The position numbers and the translations under genes were made by a program. Source: Candidatus Cloacimonadales bacterium (GTDB taxonomy: Bacteria; Cloacimonadota; Cloacimonadia; Cloacimonadales; JAFGVF01). Taken from it: a stretch of 64,000 nucleotides of DNA. The stretch's first letter is position 1. Every line of letters starts with the position of its first letter. This document shows positions 30,099-40,478 of this stretch, in pieces. The notes beneath the pieces were generated by a model. It did not search any database, was not told the DNA's origin, and saw only the letters and a list, made by a program, of their open reading frames with translations. Where the stretch lies: NCBI GenBank assembly GCA_963667035.1, contig OY762964.1, forward strand, positions 608,001 through 672,000, in the 5' to 3' direction.

Positions 30099-33000
30099 AT
30101 GAAAAGGGTAACTGTAATATTAATTCTATCACTATTTTTATTTATGCTTAAGGCTAATGTACTGTTTTATGATAACTTTGACAGGGCAGACGGGGATGTC
30201 GGTAATGGTTGGCAATTTAGTATTCCACCAGAAATGCTTAATTCGACAATAGTAAATGGAATTTATCAAATGGACATACCTGCTACTGGTACTACATATC
30301 ACTATTTTAATGAACAAACTCATGGTGTAGTATATGTTGAGTACGAGTGGAAAGTATTATTAAACAATTGGCATAGTTGCGTATTTCCTGTAGATAATTC
30401 TGTGTTTATAAGATGTGACTGGAATGGTAATCTGATTTATAGCATGACAAGTGATTTTACATCTATTGTATACATAACCCAAATCAACTTCGAACAATGG
30501 TATAATGTGAAATTTGCTTTTGATATTGATAATAATACTTTCTCATTTTGGCTTGATGGACTTTTATTGATTAATGGTGTATCATCAAATGTAATCTCAT
30601 CTATAAATTCATTCAATTTTTTAAACAGAAATTCATTAGAAAGTATCCAACAAATAGATGAGTTCATAGTATATAACGATTCACCTCCCCCTATGCCGAC
30701 TAATTTATATGTCGTTGAATCAGTTAATAGTATAGTATTAAATTGGGATGCTGTTCCTGAACCTTTATTTGTAACCTATAAAATATATAGGGATATAGCA
30801 TCCAATCCAACCATAGAAATAGCTGAAGTCGGACCGGATGTAACAACTTATAGTGATATGGTTAGATCTGCTGTGAATACTGATTATTACTATAGAATTA
30901 AAGCTGTTGGTAGAGGTGGGGAAGAAAGTGATTACTCAGAACAAGTAGAGTTAGTTCACTTACAACCGGAATTAAGAATCACAGGAGATCCTGTGAACAT
31001 AGATGTTGGTTATGGTTATGAAGGGACTGGGTCTTTTACTATCCATAATGATGGGAATTATGATTTGCATTATTCTATAGACTCTTCAACAAGTTCAAAT
31101 ACTACTTTAAATGATGATCTTGTAGCTTATTATCCATTGGATGGCAACGCTAATGATGTGAGCGGAAATGCTTATCATGGTGCTAATTATGGTGCTCTCC
31201 CATCAACCGATAGGTTTGGATTAAGCAATATGGCTTCAGCTTATAATGGAGATGGAAGTGACACGATTCTAGGAGATATTTTAGATAGCACTTTTGTCTC
31301 AGGGTCTTTCTCAATATCTTGTTGGATTTACTTAAACAGTTACACAGGTATTGATGGAAATCCAGGTTTTATTATAAGTAAATGGAACTCTTACGGATTC
31401 GGTAATAATAGTTTCATACTATATGCAGATGGGAGATTCTCGTCAAATACAAGAACTAGTAGGGCTATATATCCAACTTTAAATGAATGGCATAGCATAA
31501 TTGTTATAGTAGATAATTTTACTGCTAAAATATTTTTAGATGGTGAATTAGTTGATACTACACTAAATAATGATTTTGATGATTCATCAATGAATCTTAT
31601 TATTGGAGGTTTTAATACAGATAGTTACTCTTTAAATGGTAATGTTGATGAAGTTTTGTTTTACGATAGATCTATTTCTCAAAATGAAACAGAACTACTG
31701 TTTAACAAATATGAACCATATACTTTTGTCAAAACTGGTACAGTACAGTGTGGCACTAATGAAACTGTAAACATTAATTTTGGAACAGCCAATATTAATT
31801 ATGGATTATATACTGAATCTTTAATCATCATTACTAATGACTCAAATCATAGAATAACTCCCATGACGTTAAATGCTAATGTAATACCCCCGCAAATAGA
31901 TACTATTCCTTCAGAAATATCACTAAATTTCAATGTTGAAAACAATATGCGTACTCATAATTTTGAAGTAGTCAATAATGGACTAGGCAGACTTGAGTAT
32001 ATAATTGAGAGTTCTGGTGAATTAGATGACACTAATATTGTTCCTTATATTCCGAATCATACATATTTAGGAGAACTTTACGAACACTTTTACTATGTTT
32101 CGAATAATTCAATGACCTGGCATCAAGCAAAAGATGAATGTGTAAGAATTGGTGGGCATTTAGTAACAATCTCATCATTTGAAGAAAATGCTTTAGTAAA
32201 CAATACTCCTGAATGGTGTTGGATTGGTATAACAGATGAAGAAATTGAGGGAGTCTGGAAGGATTTAGAAGATAACATAGTATGGATAGGTGGTGTGTCA
32301 GGTTTTTCTCCTAATGGTTTCTATAGTGCTTGGTGTGGGGGGGAACCTAATAATATTGGTAATGAAGATTATGCCCAAACTTTTCATGCTAATTCCTGGA
32401 ATGATTGCAGTTCCGATTACATTTTGCAATACATTCTTGAACTTGATGACATTATCTGCATTGATGATAAACCTATAATTCTTAATTCTTTCTGTAGCAT
32501 GTCTCATTGTTTCTCAATAAATGCAACAGATCTTGAAGAAGGTAAGTATATACATACAATAACAATATTGTCTAATGTACCAGCTCCAGATGATGTAATA
32601 GAAATCCCTGTAACAATAAAAGTAGACTACACTCCACCATTAGCAGTACAAAATGTAGTGTTTGATGAAGTCGAAACAGATTATCACACTTTGAAGATCC
32701 AATGGGATGAAAATGCTATTTCAGATAGTGTATACTGCTACAATGTCTATAGAAGAAGAGAGGATAGTAGTAATTGGAGTTTTGTTGGCTCTTCCGAAAC
32801 TAATGAATATTTGGATTCTGATTTCATAGGTTTAGATGATTGCAACTTCTATTATAAAGTCACAGCCGTAGATTGGGTAGAGAATGAAGGTGCTGAATCC
32901 TCAGAGTGTATGGGCTATCTTATGCGTTTTATGCCACCTGAGATAGTTGAGGATAATATTCTTAATAATCATGACTACCATCTGTCTTGGCATCCTGTAA

Positions 33001-33320
33001 CTCAGACGTTGAGTGGGGAATTAGGTACACCTAGTTGTTACGTCATATACTATAATAATATCCCAGTACCGGAAGAAGATTTTATCTTCTTAGCTACGAC
33101 TAATGATACAACTTATGTACACCAGAACATTGGATTGTTTCAAGAACGGATGTTTTATAAAGTTACTGCTTATGGGGGGAGTATGAGAATTATGAATCTT
33201 ATTAAAGACAATCATCCTAGATTTACTTCAGATGACTTACCAGCATTGTTGAGAAGATACAAAGGTCAAAAAAAATCAGATATTGGAATAAAGCGTATCT
33301 CGAAAAGTAGCAATAAATAG
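30099..33320 (+). CDS. Large secreted multidomain protein: FN3, LamG/concanavalin-like, C-type lectin, FN3
   Basis: Signal peptide; LVAYYPLDGNAND.SGN...DRFG (LamG); MTWHQAKDEC..GGHLVTI..EEN, WIG, GEPNN, WND (C-type lectin); YYYRIKAV and YYKVTAVD (FN3). Confidence 0.8.
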   Translation: MKRVTVILILSLFLFMLKANVLFYDNFDRADGDVGNGWQFSIPPEMLNSTIVNGIYQMDIPATGTTYHYFNEQTHGVVYVEYEWKVLLNNWHSCVFPVDNSVFIRCDWNGNLIYSMTSDFTSIVYITQINFEQWYNVKFAFDIDNNTFSFWLDGLLLINGVSSNVISSINSFNFLNRNSLESIQQIDEFIVYNDSPPPMPTNLYVVESVNSIVLNWDAVPEPLFVTYKIYRDIASNPTIEIAEVGPDVTTYSDMVRSAVNTDYYYRIKAVGRGGEESDYSEQVELVHLQPELRITGDPVNIDVGYGYEGTGSFTIHNDGNYDLHYSIDSSTSSNTTLNDDLVAYYPLDGNANDVSGNAYHGANYGALPSTDRFGLSNMASAYNGDGSDTILGDILDSTFVSGSFSISCWIYLNSYTGIDGNPGFIISKWNSYGFGNNSFILYADGRFSSNTRTSRAIYPTLNEWHSIIVIVDNFTAKIFLDGELVDTTLNNDFDDSSMNLIIGGFNTDSYSLNGNVDEVLFYDRSISQNETELLFNKYEPYTFVKTGTVQCGTNETVNINFGTANINYGLYTESLIIITNDSNHRITPMTLNANVIPPQIDTIPSEISLNFNVENNMRTHNFEVVNNGLGRLEYIIESSGELDDTNIVPYIPNHTYLGELYEHFYYVSNNSMTWHQAKDECVRIGGHLVTISSFEENALVNNTPEWCWIGITDEEIEGVWKDLEDNIVWIGGVSGFSPNGFYSAWCGGEPNNIGNEDYAQTFHANSWNDCSSDYILQYILELDDIICIDDKPIILNSFCSMSHCFSINATDLEEGKYIHTITILSNVPAPDDVIEIPVTIKVDYTPPLAVQNVVFDEVETDYHTLKIQWDENAISDSVYCYNVYRRREDSSNWSFVGSSETNEYLDSDFIGLDDCNFYYKVTAVDWVENEGAESSECMGYLMRFMPPEIVEDNILNNHDYHLSWHPVTQTLSGELGTPSCYVIYYNNIPVPEEDFIFLATTNDTTYVHQNIGLFQERMFYKVTAYGGSMRIMNLIKDNHPRFTSDDLPALLRRYKGQKKSDIGIKRISKSSNK

Positions 33321-33403
33321 CTCTCTTTATTTAATGATTATCTATAATGATTTTGTTTTGTATATAATCCAATCCGTTATTAGCTTGATCTTAGATAATG
33401 AAA

Positions 33404-33427
33404 AGGTTGCAGAAGTATCTGCAACCT
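33404..33427. repeat. 24-bp target-site duplication, left copy (terminator hairpin)
   Basis: AGGTTGCAGA-AGTA-TCTGCAACCT, identical to 35091-35114. Confidence 0.9.
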
Positions 33428-35090
33428 CAGACTGTTGACAAAAACATTCTAATTTACATGGATATATTGTTGAAAGTCATTTTTCTTCATTTTAACTGAG
33501 CCCAAACCTAAACATGCGAGATTTAGCTCTATTTTCGTGTAAATTGGAGTTGAAAATCATGTAATTGATGATAAATTTTGCTATTAATTTCCCTAATTTA
33601 CCTTTGAAAAGGTATTTTACGAGTTTCTTGATATTTTGCACGATAGCTGTTAGATAAGCTTGTTCTCGAACTCGCTCTATTCCTCGATATTTTGCATATC
33701 GGTAGCCATGAAGTTGCTTTGCATTGGCAAAGCTTCTCTCAATGGTTTCTTTTCTCCTCTTGTATATCTCTTTCCCACATAATGTTAACCTATTCTTGTG
33801 GATTATCTCTTTGCTCTCTTCCCAGACATGACGAGTGATTACTTTTTGAGAAGACTTACTTTCTGTACATTTACTTAGCATTGGACAATTCTTGCATTCA
33901 CTAGGATTCGACTTGTATTCTTTATAGCCATCACGGCTCGTTGTTCTATAATTTAACTCTTTATTACATGGACAAATGTAAACATCCTTCCGGGAATTAT
34001 ATGTAAATTTGTTCTTTTTAAATAGACCTTTCTTACCTCCCTGTCTTTTGTAGCCAAGGACTCCCATAATATTCATATCTACCAGTTGCTTACAAATGTT
34101 AATTGTATCATATCCTGAATCAAGCCCTACTGCCTGAACATTAAAACCATAAACCTTTTGTTGGAACTGTAACCTGTCAATATAGCAGGTGCTATCATTT
34201 ACATTGCCGGGAGTAATGTGAACATCGGTTATATAGTTCGTTTTATGGTCGACTGTCCTATGATCTAAGTAGAAGAAGCCTTGAGGCTTTCTATCACGGG
34301 TCATAAAACCACTATCGGGATCTGTTGTGCTAGACTTGATATTTTTTACTTTAGGTGATGCTCCTCCTTTAAGATTGTTATCCTTAGGAGGTAAAGGTTT
34401 CTTACCATGAGCCTTCCGATCTTCATCAACGCTTGTGTTAAGATCTTCCAAGTAACTCTTGGAGGATACCTCAACTTCAATATCCTCGAATTTACCTTTA
34501 TTAGCATTTGCCTTTAGATGGGTTGAGTCGCTATAAAGTATCTTCCCATCAACTAATCCATGTTTAATGCCTAACTTCACTATATCTATAAAAATCTCTT
34601 CGAATACGCTGCTATCATTAAATCGCCTTCTACGATTTTGACTGAAGACTGAGTGATGAGGTACTTTATCAGTTAGTCCAAAGCCTAAGAACCAACGATA
34701 AGCCACATTGACCTCAATCTCTTTGACCAATTGTCTTTCCGAGCGAATACCGAATAGATAGCCAATAAAAAGCATTTTGAAAAGAGTAATAGGATGAATT
34801 GGAGGACGACCGGTAGTAGAACAATACAAATGCGCTGTTCTATCTAAAATGAATGAAAAATCTATTACGCTATCGATTTTCCTTAGTATGTGATCTACCG
34901 GTACTAAATCATCTATTATTACAAACTCCATTTGGGACTGTGTGTCAGAAACTTTTTTAAGCATAACCACCTCTAATTATGATGGTTTAAGTATAATCTA
35001 AGGGGGTTTTTGTCAATGATTGATATTCTTATTTTAAGCTAAAAAAAGACAAAGCTATGAAATCTTACTCATAGCTTTGTCAACAGTCTG
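33428..35090 (-). mobile_element. IS1182-family insertion sequence (1663 bp)
   Basis: 15-bp terminal inverted repeats CAGACTGTTGACAAA (33428-33442) and TTTGTCAACAGTCTG (35076-35090), flanked by 24-bp direct repeats. Confidence 0.92.
33492..34970 (-). CDS. IS1182 family DDE transposase
   Basis: LVPVDHILRKID, GRP, GIRSERQL, DSTHLKANA, STTDPDSG, DSGY, CPC...C..C....C, RKETIERSFA. Confidence 0.93.
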   Translation of the reverse strand: MVMLKKVSDTQSQMEFVIIDDLVPVDHILRKIDSVIDFSFILDRTAHLYCSTTGRPPIHPITLFKMLFIGYLFGIRSERQLVKEIEVNVAYRWFLGFGLTDKVPHHSVFSQNRRRRFNDSSVFEEIFIDIVKLGIKHGLVDGKILYSDSTHLKANANKGKFEDIEVEVSSKSYLEDLNTSVDEDRKAHGKKPLPPKDNNLKGGASPKVKNIKSSTTDPDSGFMTRDRKPQGFFYLDHRTVDHKTNYITDVHITPGNVNDSTCYIDRLQFQQKVYGFNVQAVGLDSGYDTINICKQLVDMNIMGVLGYKRQGGKKGLFKKNKFTYNSRKDVYICPCNKELNYRTTSRDGYKEYKSNPSECKNCPMLSKCTESKSSQKVITRHVWEESKEIIHKNRLTLCGKEIYKRRKETIERSFANAKQLHGYRYAKYRGIERVREQAYLTAIVQNIKKLVKYLFKGKLGKLIAKFIINYMIFNSNLHENRAKSRMFRFGLS

Positions 35091-35114
35091 AGGTTGCAGA
35101 AGTATCTGCAACCT
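35091..35114. repeat. 24-bp target-site duplication, right copy; probable hcp terminator
   Basis: Identical to 33404-33427; palindromic, 21 bp after the hcp stop. Confidence 0.9.
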
Positions 35115-35135
35115 TTCAATTTATCATAATACTAG

Positions 35136-36794
35136 CTATCCAATCAGCTTTTTCATATCTTCTTCTACAGTTGAAATACCACTAATATTAAAGTTCTCAA
35201 CTAAGACATTAACAACATTAGGTGACAAGAAAGCAGGGATTGTTGGTCCGAGATGGATGTTCTTAACTCCAAGATAGAGGAGAGCTAATAGTACAATAAC
35301 AGCTTTTTGTTCGTACCAGGCTATATTGTATGCTATTGGAAGATCATTTATACTTTCAAGCCCAAAGATCTCTTTAAGTTTAAGGGCAATTAATACTAAT
35401 GAGTAACTGTCATTACATTGACCGGCATCAAGTACTCGTGGTATACCACCTATATCTCCAAGATTCAACTTATTATATCTGTACTTTGCACATCCTGCAG
35501 TGAGTATAACAGTATCCTTAGGAAGAGCTTCCGCAAAGTCAGTATAGTAGTTTCTTTCCTTATGCCGGCCATCACAACCAGCCATCACAACGAACTTCTT
35601 TATTGCTCCTGATTTAACTGCATCAACAACTTTATCAGCAAGAGCAAATACCTGTTCATGTGCAAAACCACCAACGATGGTACCTGTTTCAATCTCAGTT
35701 GGGGAAGGAAGAGTTTTGGCTAATGCAATAACTTCTGCGAAGTCCTTTGGCTCACCTTTCTTAGGCTCTGCAATATGCTTAACACCATCGAATCCAACTA
35801 TGTTAGTTGTGAATACTCTGTCTTTATAAGAAGGTCTAGGTGGAATTAGACAATTGGTGGTAAGTACTATTGCACCATTAAATGACTCGAATTCCTTACC
35901 TTGTAACCACCAGGCATTTCCATAATTACCAACGAAATGCTCATACTTCTTGAAAGCAGGATAGTAGTTAGCAGGTAGCATTTCGCTATGCGTGTATACA
36001 TCAACTCCGGTGCCCTGAGTTTGCTCCAATAATTGTTCCATATCTTTCAGGTCATGTCCTGAGATGAGGATAGCCGGATTTTTACGAACTCCAATGTTGA
36101 CTTCTGTGAGTTCAGGGTGTCCATATGTAGAAGTGTTAGCATTATCAAGCAGAGCCATAGCATCTACACCGTGTTTACCACATTCAAGTACCAGAGGTAC
36201 AAGATCACCAACTCCGAGAGAATCGTCTAATGTAGCAAGGAGAGCTTTCTCCATAAACATCACTAGTTCTTTGTTTGTTTTACCTAAATGGAAAGCGTGG
36301 TCAGCATAAGCAGCCATACCTTTTACTCCATAGGTTATGAGTTGTCTGAGAGAACGGATATCTTCATCTTCAGTAGTGAGTATTCCTACGGTAGCAGCTT
36401 TTTCATCGATGTTTTCTTCTGTAACTGTGAAGTTAGCAGCATCGTGGTCTGCAAACTTAACTTCCAAACCCATTTCTGCAATTTTCTGCTTTCCCATCTC
36501 TCTAAGCTCTATGGCTTCCATTATCTGCTTTACGAAGAACTTTCTATCAAAATTAGCATTAGTTATGGTAGAGAACAAGCTTTCCATGAAGAATTTATCA
36601 ATCTGACCACACTGCTCTGCATACTGATTTCTAACTTCTAATGTAGCTCCGTGACGGAAGATTGCAATTCCTTTCAGAGCGTATATCAACAAATCCTGTA
36701 AGTTAGCTACATCACTTTTTTTACCGCACATTCCGTTTAGTGTACATCCTTTGTTACCTAAGGTTTCCTGACATTGAAAGCAAAACATACTCAT
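35136..36794 (-). CDS. hcp: Hybrid cluster protein (hydroxylamine/NO reductase, prismane)
   Basis: MFCFQCQET...C....[37 protein letters not shown]. Confidence 0.96.
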   Translation of the reverse strand: MSMFCFQCQETLGNKGCTLNGMCGKKSDVANLQDLLIYALKGIAIFRHGATLEVRNQYAEQCGQIDKFFMESLFSTITNANFDRKFFVKQIMEAIELREMGKQKIAEMGLEVKFADHDAANFTVTEENIDEKAATVGILTTEDEDIRSLRQLITYGVKGMAAYADHAFHLGKTNKELVMFMEKALLATLDDSLGVGDLVPLVLECGKHGVDAMALLDNANTSTYGHPELTEVNIGVRKNPAILISGHDLKDMEQLLEQTQGTGVDVYTHSEMLPANYYPAFKKYEHFVGNYGNAWWLQGKEFESFNGAIVLTTNCLIPPRPSYKDRVFTTNIVGFDGVKHIAEPKKGEPKDFAEVIALAKTLPSPTEIETGTIVGGFAHEQVFALADKVVDAVKSGAIKKFVVMAGCDGRHKERNYYTDFAEALPKDTVILTAGCAKYRYNKLNLGDIGGIPRVLDAGQCNDSYSLVLIALKLKEIFGLESINDLPIAYNIAWYEQKAVIVLLALLYLGVKNIHLGPTIPAFLSPNVVNVLVENFNISGISTVEEDMKKLIG

Positions 36795-36833
36795 TGTAAT
36801 ACTCCTTCTTTTTGTGTTTTTAGTGTTAAATGT

Positions 36834-37073
36834 TTAATAGTTAATTCCTGCCGGTTTTACATTACTTGGATCGAATGCGTGGCATGGAGTCACCCCATAA
36901 ACCATTCCACATTTCGGGCATCTGTCTTCAAAGTTTTCCATTTCGAATGTCTCTCCACATTCACATGTCATTTCCATCGGTATCGGCATTGGTTGTTCAG
37001 CAAATCCCATCATCCTGACTTTATCAACGACCTGCTTTCCGTTTTCAAAGCTTCCACTGCATCCTTCATGCAT
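36834..37073 (-). CDS. Small Cys-rich metal-binding protein
   Basis: 79 aa with CECG...CPKC..TPCH motifs, AGGAG RBS, inside the hcp operon. Confidence 0.7.
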   Translation of the reverse strand: MHEGCSGSFENGKQVVDKVRMMGFAEQPMPIPMEMTCECGETFEMENFEDRCPKCGMVYGVTPCHAFDPSNVKPAGINY

Positions 37074-37119
37074 GTTTAACTCCTTATATTTTAATTATAT
37101 CTTACTATTTAACAAAATA

Positions 37120-38142
37120 TTAGTGTATCTTCTCAATAATCTCGCCGTTTCTTAGTTTCGTTCGATAAGCGAGAAGTGTTTTATCCATATCTTCAAGTGT
37201 TGTAAGTATTTCTCTTTCATTCTCAGTTGTTTCTATTACTTTGTGAATCCCACCATTTTTGATAACAATGCGCTTGTCTCCCATAAGAGCAAGAATAGGA
37301 TCATGAGTTGCCATAAGTACTATTTTATCTTCGGAGATAAGTAGCTTTAAAGCTTCTTTGCGATCTATTCCTGCATTTTCTATCTCATCTATAAGAATTA
37401 TTGGTGATTTGCTTAATATGGCTGTGTCTGCAATCATTAAAGCTCTTGATTGTCCTCCACTTAAGCCTGTAATTGGTGTATCCGGCGTGAAGTGTTCTCC
37501 TGCAAGGTTATTTGCTTTCTCTATTATCTTTTTGATTACAATTTCTTTATTCTCAACTAACCTACTTTCAGCATGAAGTTTAATAAACTCATATACAGAT
37601 AAATCCATAACAAAGTTCATGTTCTGTGATAGTTGGGCTACTAGCTTATCAGATGAAGAGAATCTCCATTTGCTATCTGGTACATTGTTGTTAATAAGCA
37701 CTGTTCTGGAAGTAGGGGTGTCACATTGAGCAACCCATTCGATATCTCCTAATAGTCTGCTTTTACCTGACCCTGTGGGTCCGACTATACAGATAATCTC
37801 TCCCTGATGAATCTCAATGTTATCGAATTTCTCAAGCTTACCGCATTTATCCTTTCCCGGTAGAATAGTCACTGATTTTACAATTTCTTCATTTTGCCCT
37901 AAGAAAGCATTCATCTGATTTATAAACACAGCTATTTGATCATAAAACTGCTCAAGATCCATGACATTATTTTCAATTTCATCTTCATCTAAAAGAGCGA
38001 AGAACTGTTCTAAAGTAAGATTTTCTTTACCAGTTATCACAAGATTGTTATCAGTGAAGTAGGTTGAAAGATATGGATAGCTATCTATCAATTGGGAAAT
38101 CTTACGGATTCTGATTGTTTTATCGGTATAGTTCATATTCAC
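37120..38142 (-). CDS. ABC-type ATPase with N-terminal extension
   Basis: GPTGSGKS Walker A, LSGGQ signature, LIDE Walker B, ATHD. Confidence 0.82.
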   Translation of the reverse strand: MNMNYTDKTIRIRKISQLIDSYPYLSTYFTDNNLVITGKENLTLEQFFALLDEDEIENNVMDLEQFYDQIAVFINQMNAFLGQNEEIVKSVTILPGKDKCGKLEKFDNIEIHQGEIICIVGPTGSGKSRLLGDIEWVAQCDTPTSRTVLINNNVPDSKWRFSSSDKLVAQLSQNMNFVMDLSVYEFIKLHAESRLVENKEIVIKKIIEKANNLAGEHFTPDTPITGLSGGQSRALMIADTAILSKSPIILIDEIENAGIDRKEALKLLISEDKIVLMATHDPILALMGDKRIVIKNGGIHKVIETTENEREILTTLEDMDKTLLAYRTKLRNGEIIEKIH

Positions 38143-38145
38143 CCC

Positions 38146-38838
38146 TTACTCTCCCAAGTCCATTTTTTTTACGTTACCCATTTGATAATCTTTTCCTATC
38201 CTTGTTTCACCGAGACAGTATGAGCATAGAGCCGATGGCATAGGGAATCTGAGTTCTTTACCGACCAGAGTTTTTACATCTTCTGTTTCATCGAAGAGTA
38301 GTGTTGAGAGTTCAAAACTACCTTGTCCAGTAAGTCCGTTTATATGCATGATTATTGCAGAGGGATTTACGGTTTTTACTCTTGAAGCAAACACTTCTCT
38401 TTCTGCTTGAGAGACGATATCGCCTTTAGTTATAACTACTATATCGGCAGACTTAAGCATTGGTCCGATTTTCTTAGGCGTATTGATTCCGCTTAGGTTA
38501 TCTATTACGCAGATTGCTTTAATACCTTTAACATAGGGTGAACAGCGATTGCATAGTCCTGCTGATTCACTTATGAGGATATCAAATCCTTTTTCTACTC
38601 CCCATTTAGTTACTTCTTCTATATTGCTAATAAAGTAGTGATCAGGGCATAATGCACCCGAAAGTCCTTTCTTAACAGGAATACCGGCTTTTTTATAAAG
38701 CTCGTCATCATCGGTATAAAGGCAATCAAACTTCGCAACAGCAACTTTTAAACCTTTGTTTTTAAGAGATTCAATTGTCTTTAGTATTACTGATGTTTTA
38801 CCGGATGAAGGAGGACCAGAGATTGTTATCAGATTCAT
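38146..38838 (-). CDS. HypB/UreG/CobW-like (G3E) P-loop GTPase
   Basis: GPPSSGKT, CPDH, ESAGLCNRC, TKGD, CSYC. Confidence 0.8.
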   Translation of the reverse strand: MNLITISGPPSSGKTSVILKTIESLKNKGLKVAVAKFDCLYTDDDELYKKAGIPVKKGLSGALCPDHYFISNIEEVTKWGVEKGFDILISESAGLCNRCSPYVKGIKAICVIDNLSGINTPKKIGPMLKSADIVVITKGDIVSQAEREVFASRVKTVNPSAIIMHINGLTGQGSFELSTLLFDETEDVKTLVGKELRFPMPSALCSYCLGETRIGKDYQMGNVKKMDLGE

Positions 38839-38841
38839 ATT

Positions 38842-40074
38842 TTACTCCTTGATTAGAGATTCTTCAAAAAGTTGTTCACAATGCTTTATCAGAGATGAGA
38901 TATCGCTACTATAGATGTAATCCCAACCAAGCCACATAAATGTGTTGTCTGAGGGTATATGATTATCAATATCCGGGTGAACACTAGGGAAGAGACCGCT
39001 ATGGGAGAGTATCTTTCCTACTTCCTTTGAGGCAAAGAAGTCAACAATAGGTTGTAACACTTCAATTCTTTCACTTTTCGCAAGCATGAATATGGGACTA
39101 ATTATTGCTCCGTCTTCCGGCCAAATTGCTACCATTGGACCGTTATCCTTTACCATCTTTGTGAAGAAGTACGGCATGATTGTTACAATAGGACGATTCT
39201 CTTTCTGCTTATCACTTTTTACCATTTGGGAAGGATGTAATGACTCGAGTAAACTCCGTCCTAACTGCTTAACTCCTTTGTCTCCATATTGCTTATGAAT
39301 GTTAAGCAGGATTCCGTTGAATAAGTCAAAGTCTCCTACCGGAAGCGATACTCTTTTCTCAAACTCAGGCTTTAGGATATCTGACCATGTTCTAGGCATT
39401 GTTCTGTCACCCAACTCTTTTTTGTTGATGAGAAAGACTGCCGGTACCACACCAATCATGCTATAGTGATGTTTTGGGTCACGGAGATTAATCCCGTCAA
39501 AAAGATCATTGAATGACGGGAGATTAGTTGTATCAACGAAAACGTTTTGACGTTTGAACTTACCAATCATCTTCTCATCAAAAAACATGTCGAATCCGGC
39601 TGATATGAATAAATCAGGTAACTTTCTTGAGTCGGTGATACCTGCTAGATTCTTCTCAATCCATTCTAAACCGGAAGAGGCTGCTTTCAACTCATGATTA
39701 ACCGTGACATCATGCGTTTCTTTATAACCTGAGATGAATTTATTGAATCCTTCTAAAAGCGGTATTCTTACAGGGCAGGGCAGTAAACCGACAATACTCA
39801 AAGCATCCGTGTCACGGTTATTCCTATTTTCGTTAAGAGTGGTATCAATATTATTCTTGGCTGATTCAATGGATTCGTTAAGTAAGTCTATAAAAGTACT
39901 AAGATCAATTTGCTTAAGCATTAATGCCATTTTGAGCGGGATTGAACCTGCAAACTTAGCACGTTTCTCTTTATCACTCATCTGAGTGAATCCATTTGAT
40001 GTAAACACAGGAATAGTCTCAGGATATTTCTCGACTATATGGAGCAGAGTATCATTCTCACTAATATGTCTCAC
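38842..40074 (-). CDS. DUF1858-like N-terminal domain fused to an ABC substrate-binding-like fold, no signal peptide
   Basis: IVEKYPETIPVF...GF N-terminus; LLPCPV; PRTWSDIL, WPEDGA SBP-like motifs. Confidence 0.65.
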   Translation of the reverse strand: MRHISENDTLLHIVEKYPETIPVFTSNGFTQMSDKEKRAKFAGSIPLKMALMLKQIDLSTFIDLLNESIESAKNNIDTTLNENRNNRDTDALSIVGLLPCPVRIPLLEGFNKFISGYKETHDVTVNHELKAASSGLEWIEKNLAGITDSRKLPDLFISAGFDMFFDEKMIGKFKRQNVFVDTTNLPSFNDLFDGINLRDPKHHYSMIGVVPAVFLINKKELGDRTMPRTWSDILKPEFEKRVSLPVGDFDLFNGILLNIHKQYGDKGVKQLGRSLLESLHPSQMVKSDKQKENRPIVTIMPYFFTKMVKDNGPMVAIWPEDGAIISPIFMLAKSERIEVLQPIVDFFASKEVGKILSHSGLFPSVHPDIDNHIPSDNTFMWLGWDYIYSSDISSLIKHCEQLFEESLIKE

Positions 40075-40076
40075 TT

Positions 40077-40439
40077 TTAATCCTTATCGTTTGTTTCAGG
40101 GAAAGTGGTTTTGAATGTAGGTTTTGGGAGTTTCATGACAAGAACTCTCACATCGTTGTCGGTTTCATTATATATGCAATGCACAATATCTTTAGGGCTT
40201 TCAACTAAATCATCTTTAGTAACTATAACTTTTTCTTCCCCAACTAGAATTGATGGTTCTCCTTCCAATATATAGAATACGACATCAACAGGGGTAATAT
40301 GGGGTTTTAGCGATTCACCCGGTTTTAAATGCAAATGCATAATTAAAGCATTTGCTGTATCATATAGCTTTGATGCCATAACACCATGTGGATTAGCAGC
40401 ATTACTCATCTTTGCAAAATTTTTAACAACCACAAACAC
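40077..40439 (-). CDS. Cupin domain protein
   Basis: LKPGESLKPH, FYILEG, P..IVH. Confidence 0.8.
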   Translation of the reverse strand: MFVVVKNFAKMSNAANPHGVMASKLYDTANALIMHLHLKPGESLKPHITPVDVVFYILEGEPSILVGEEKVIVTKDDLVESPKDIVHCIYNETDNDVRVLVMKLPKPTFKTTFPETNDKD

Positions 40440-40478
40440 TCCTTTAGGTACCGCAATACCTCTTTAGCCTTAAAAAAA

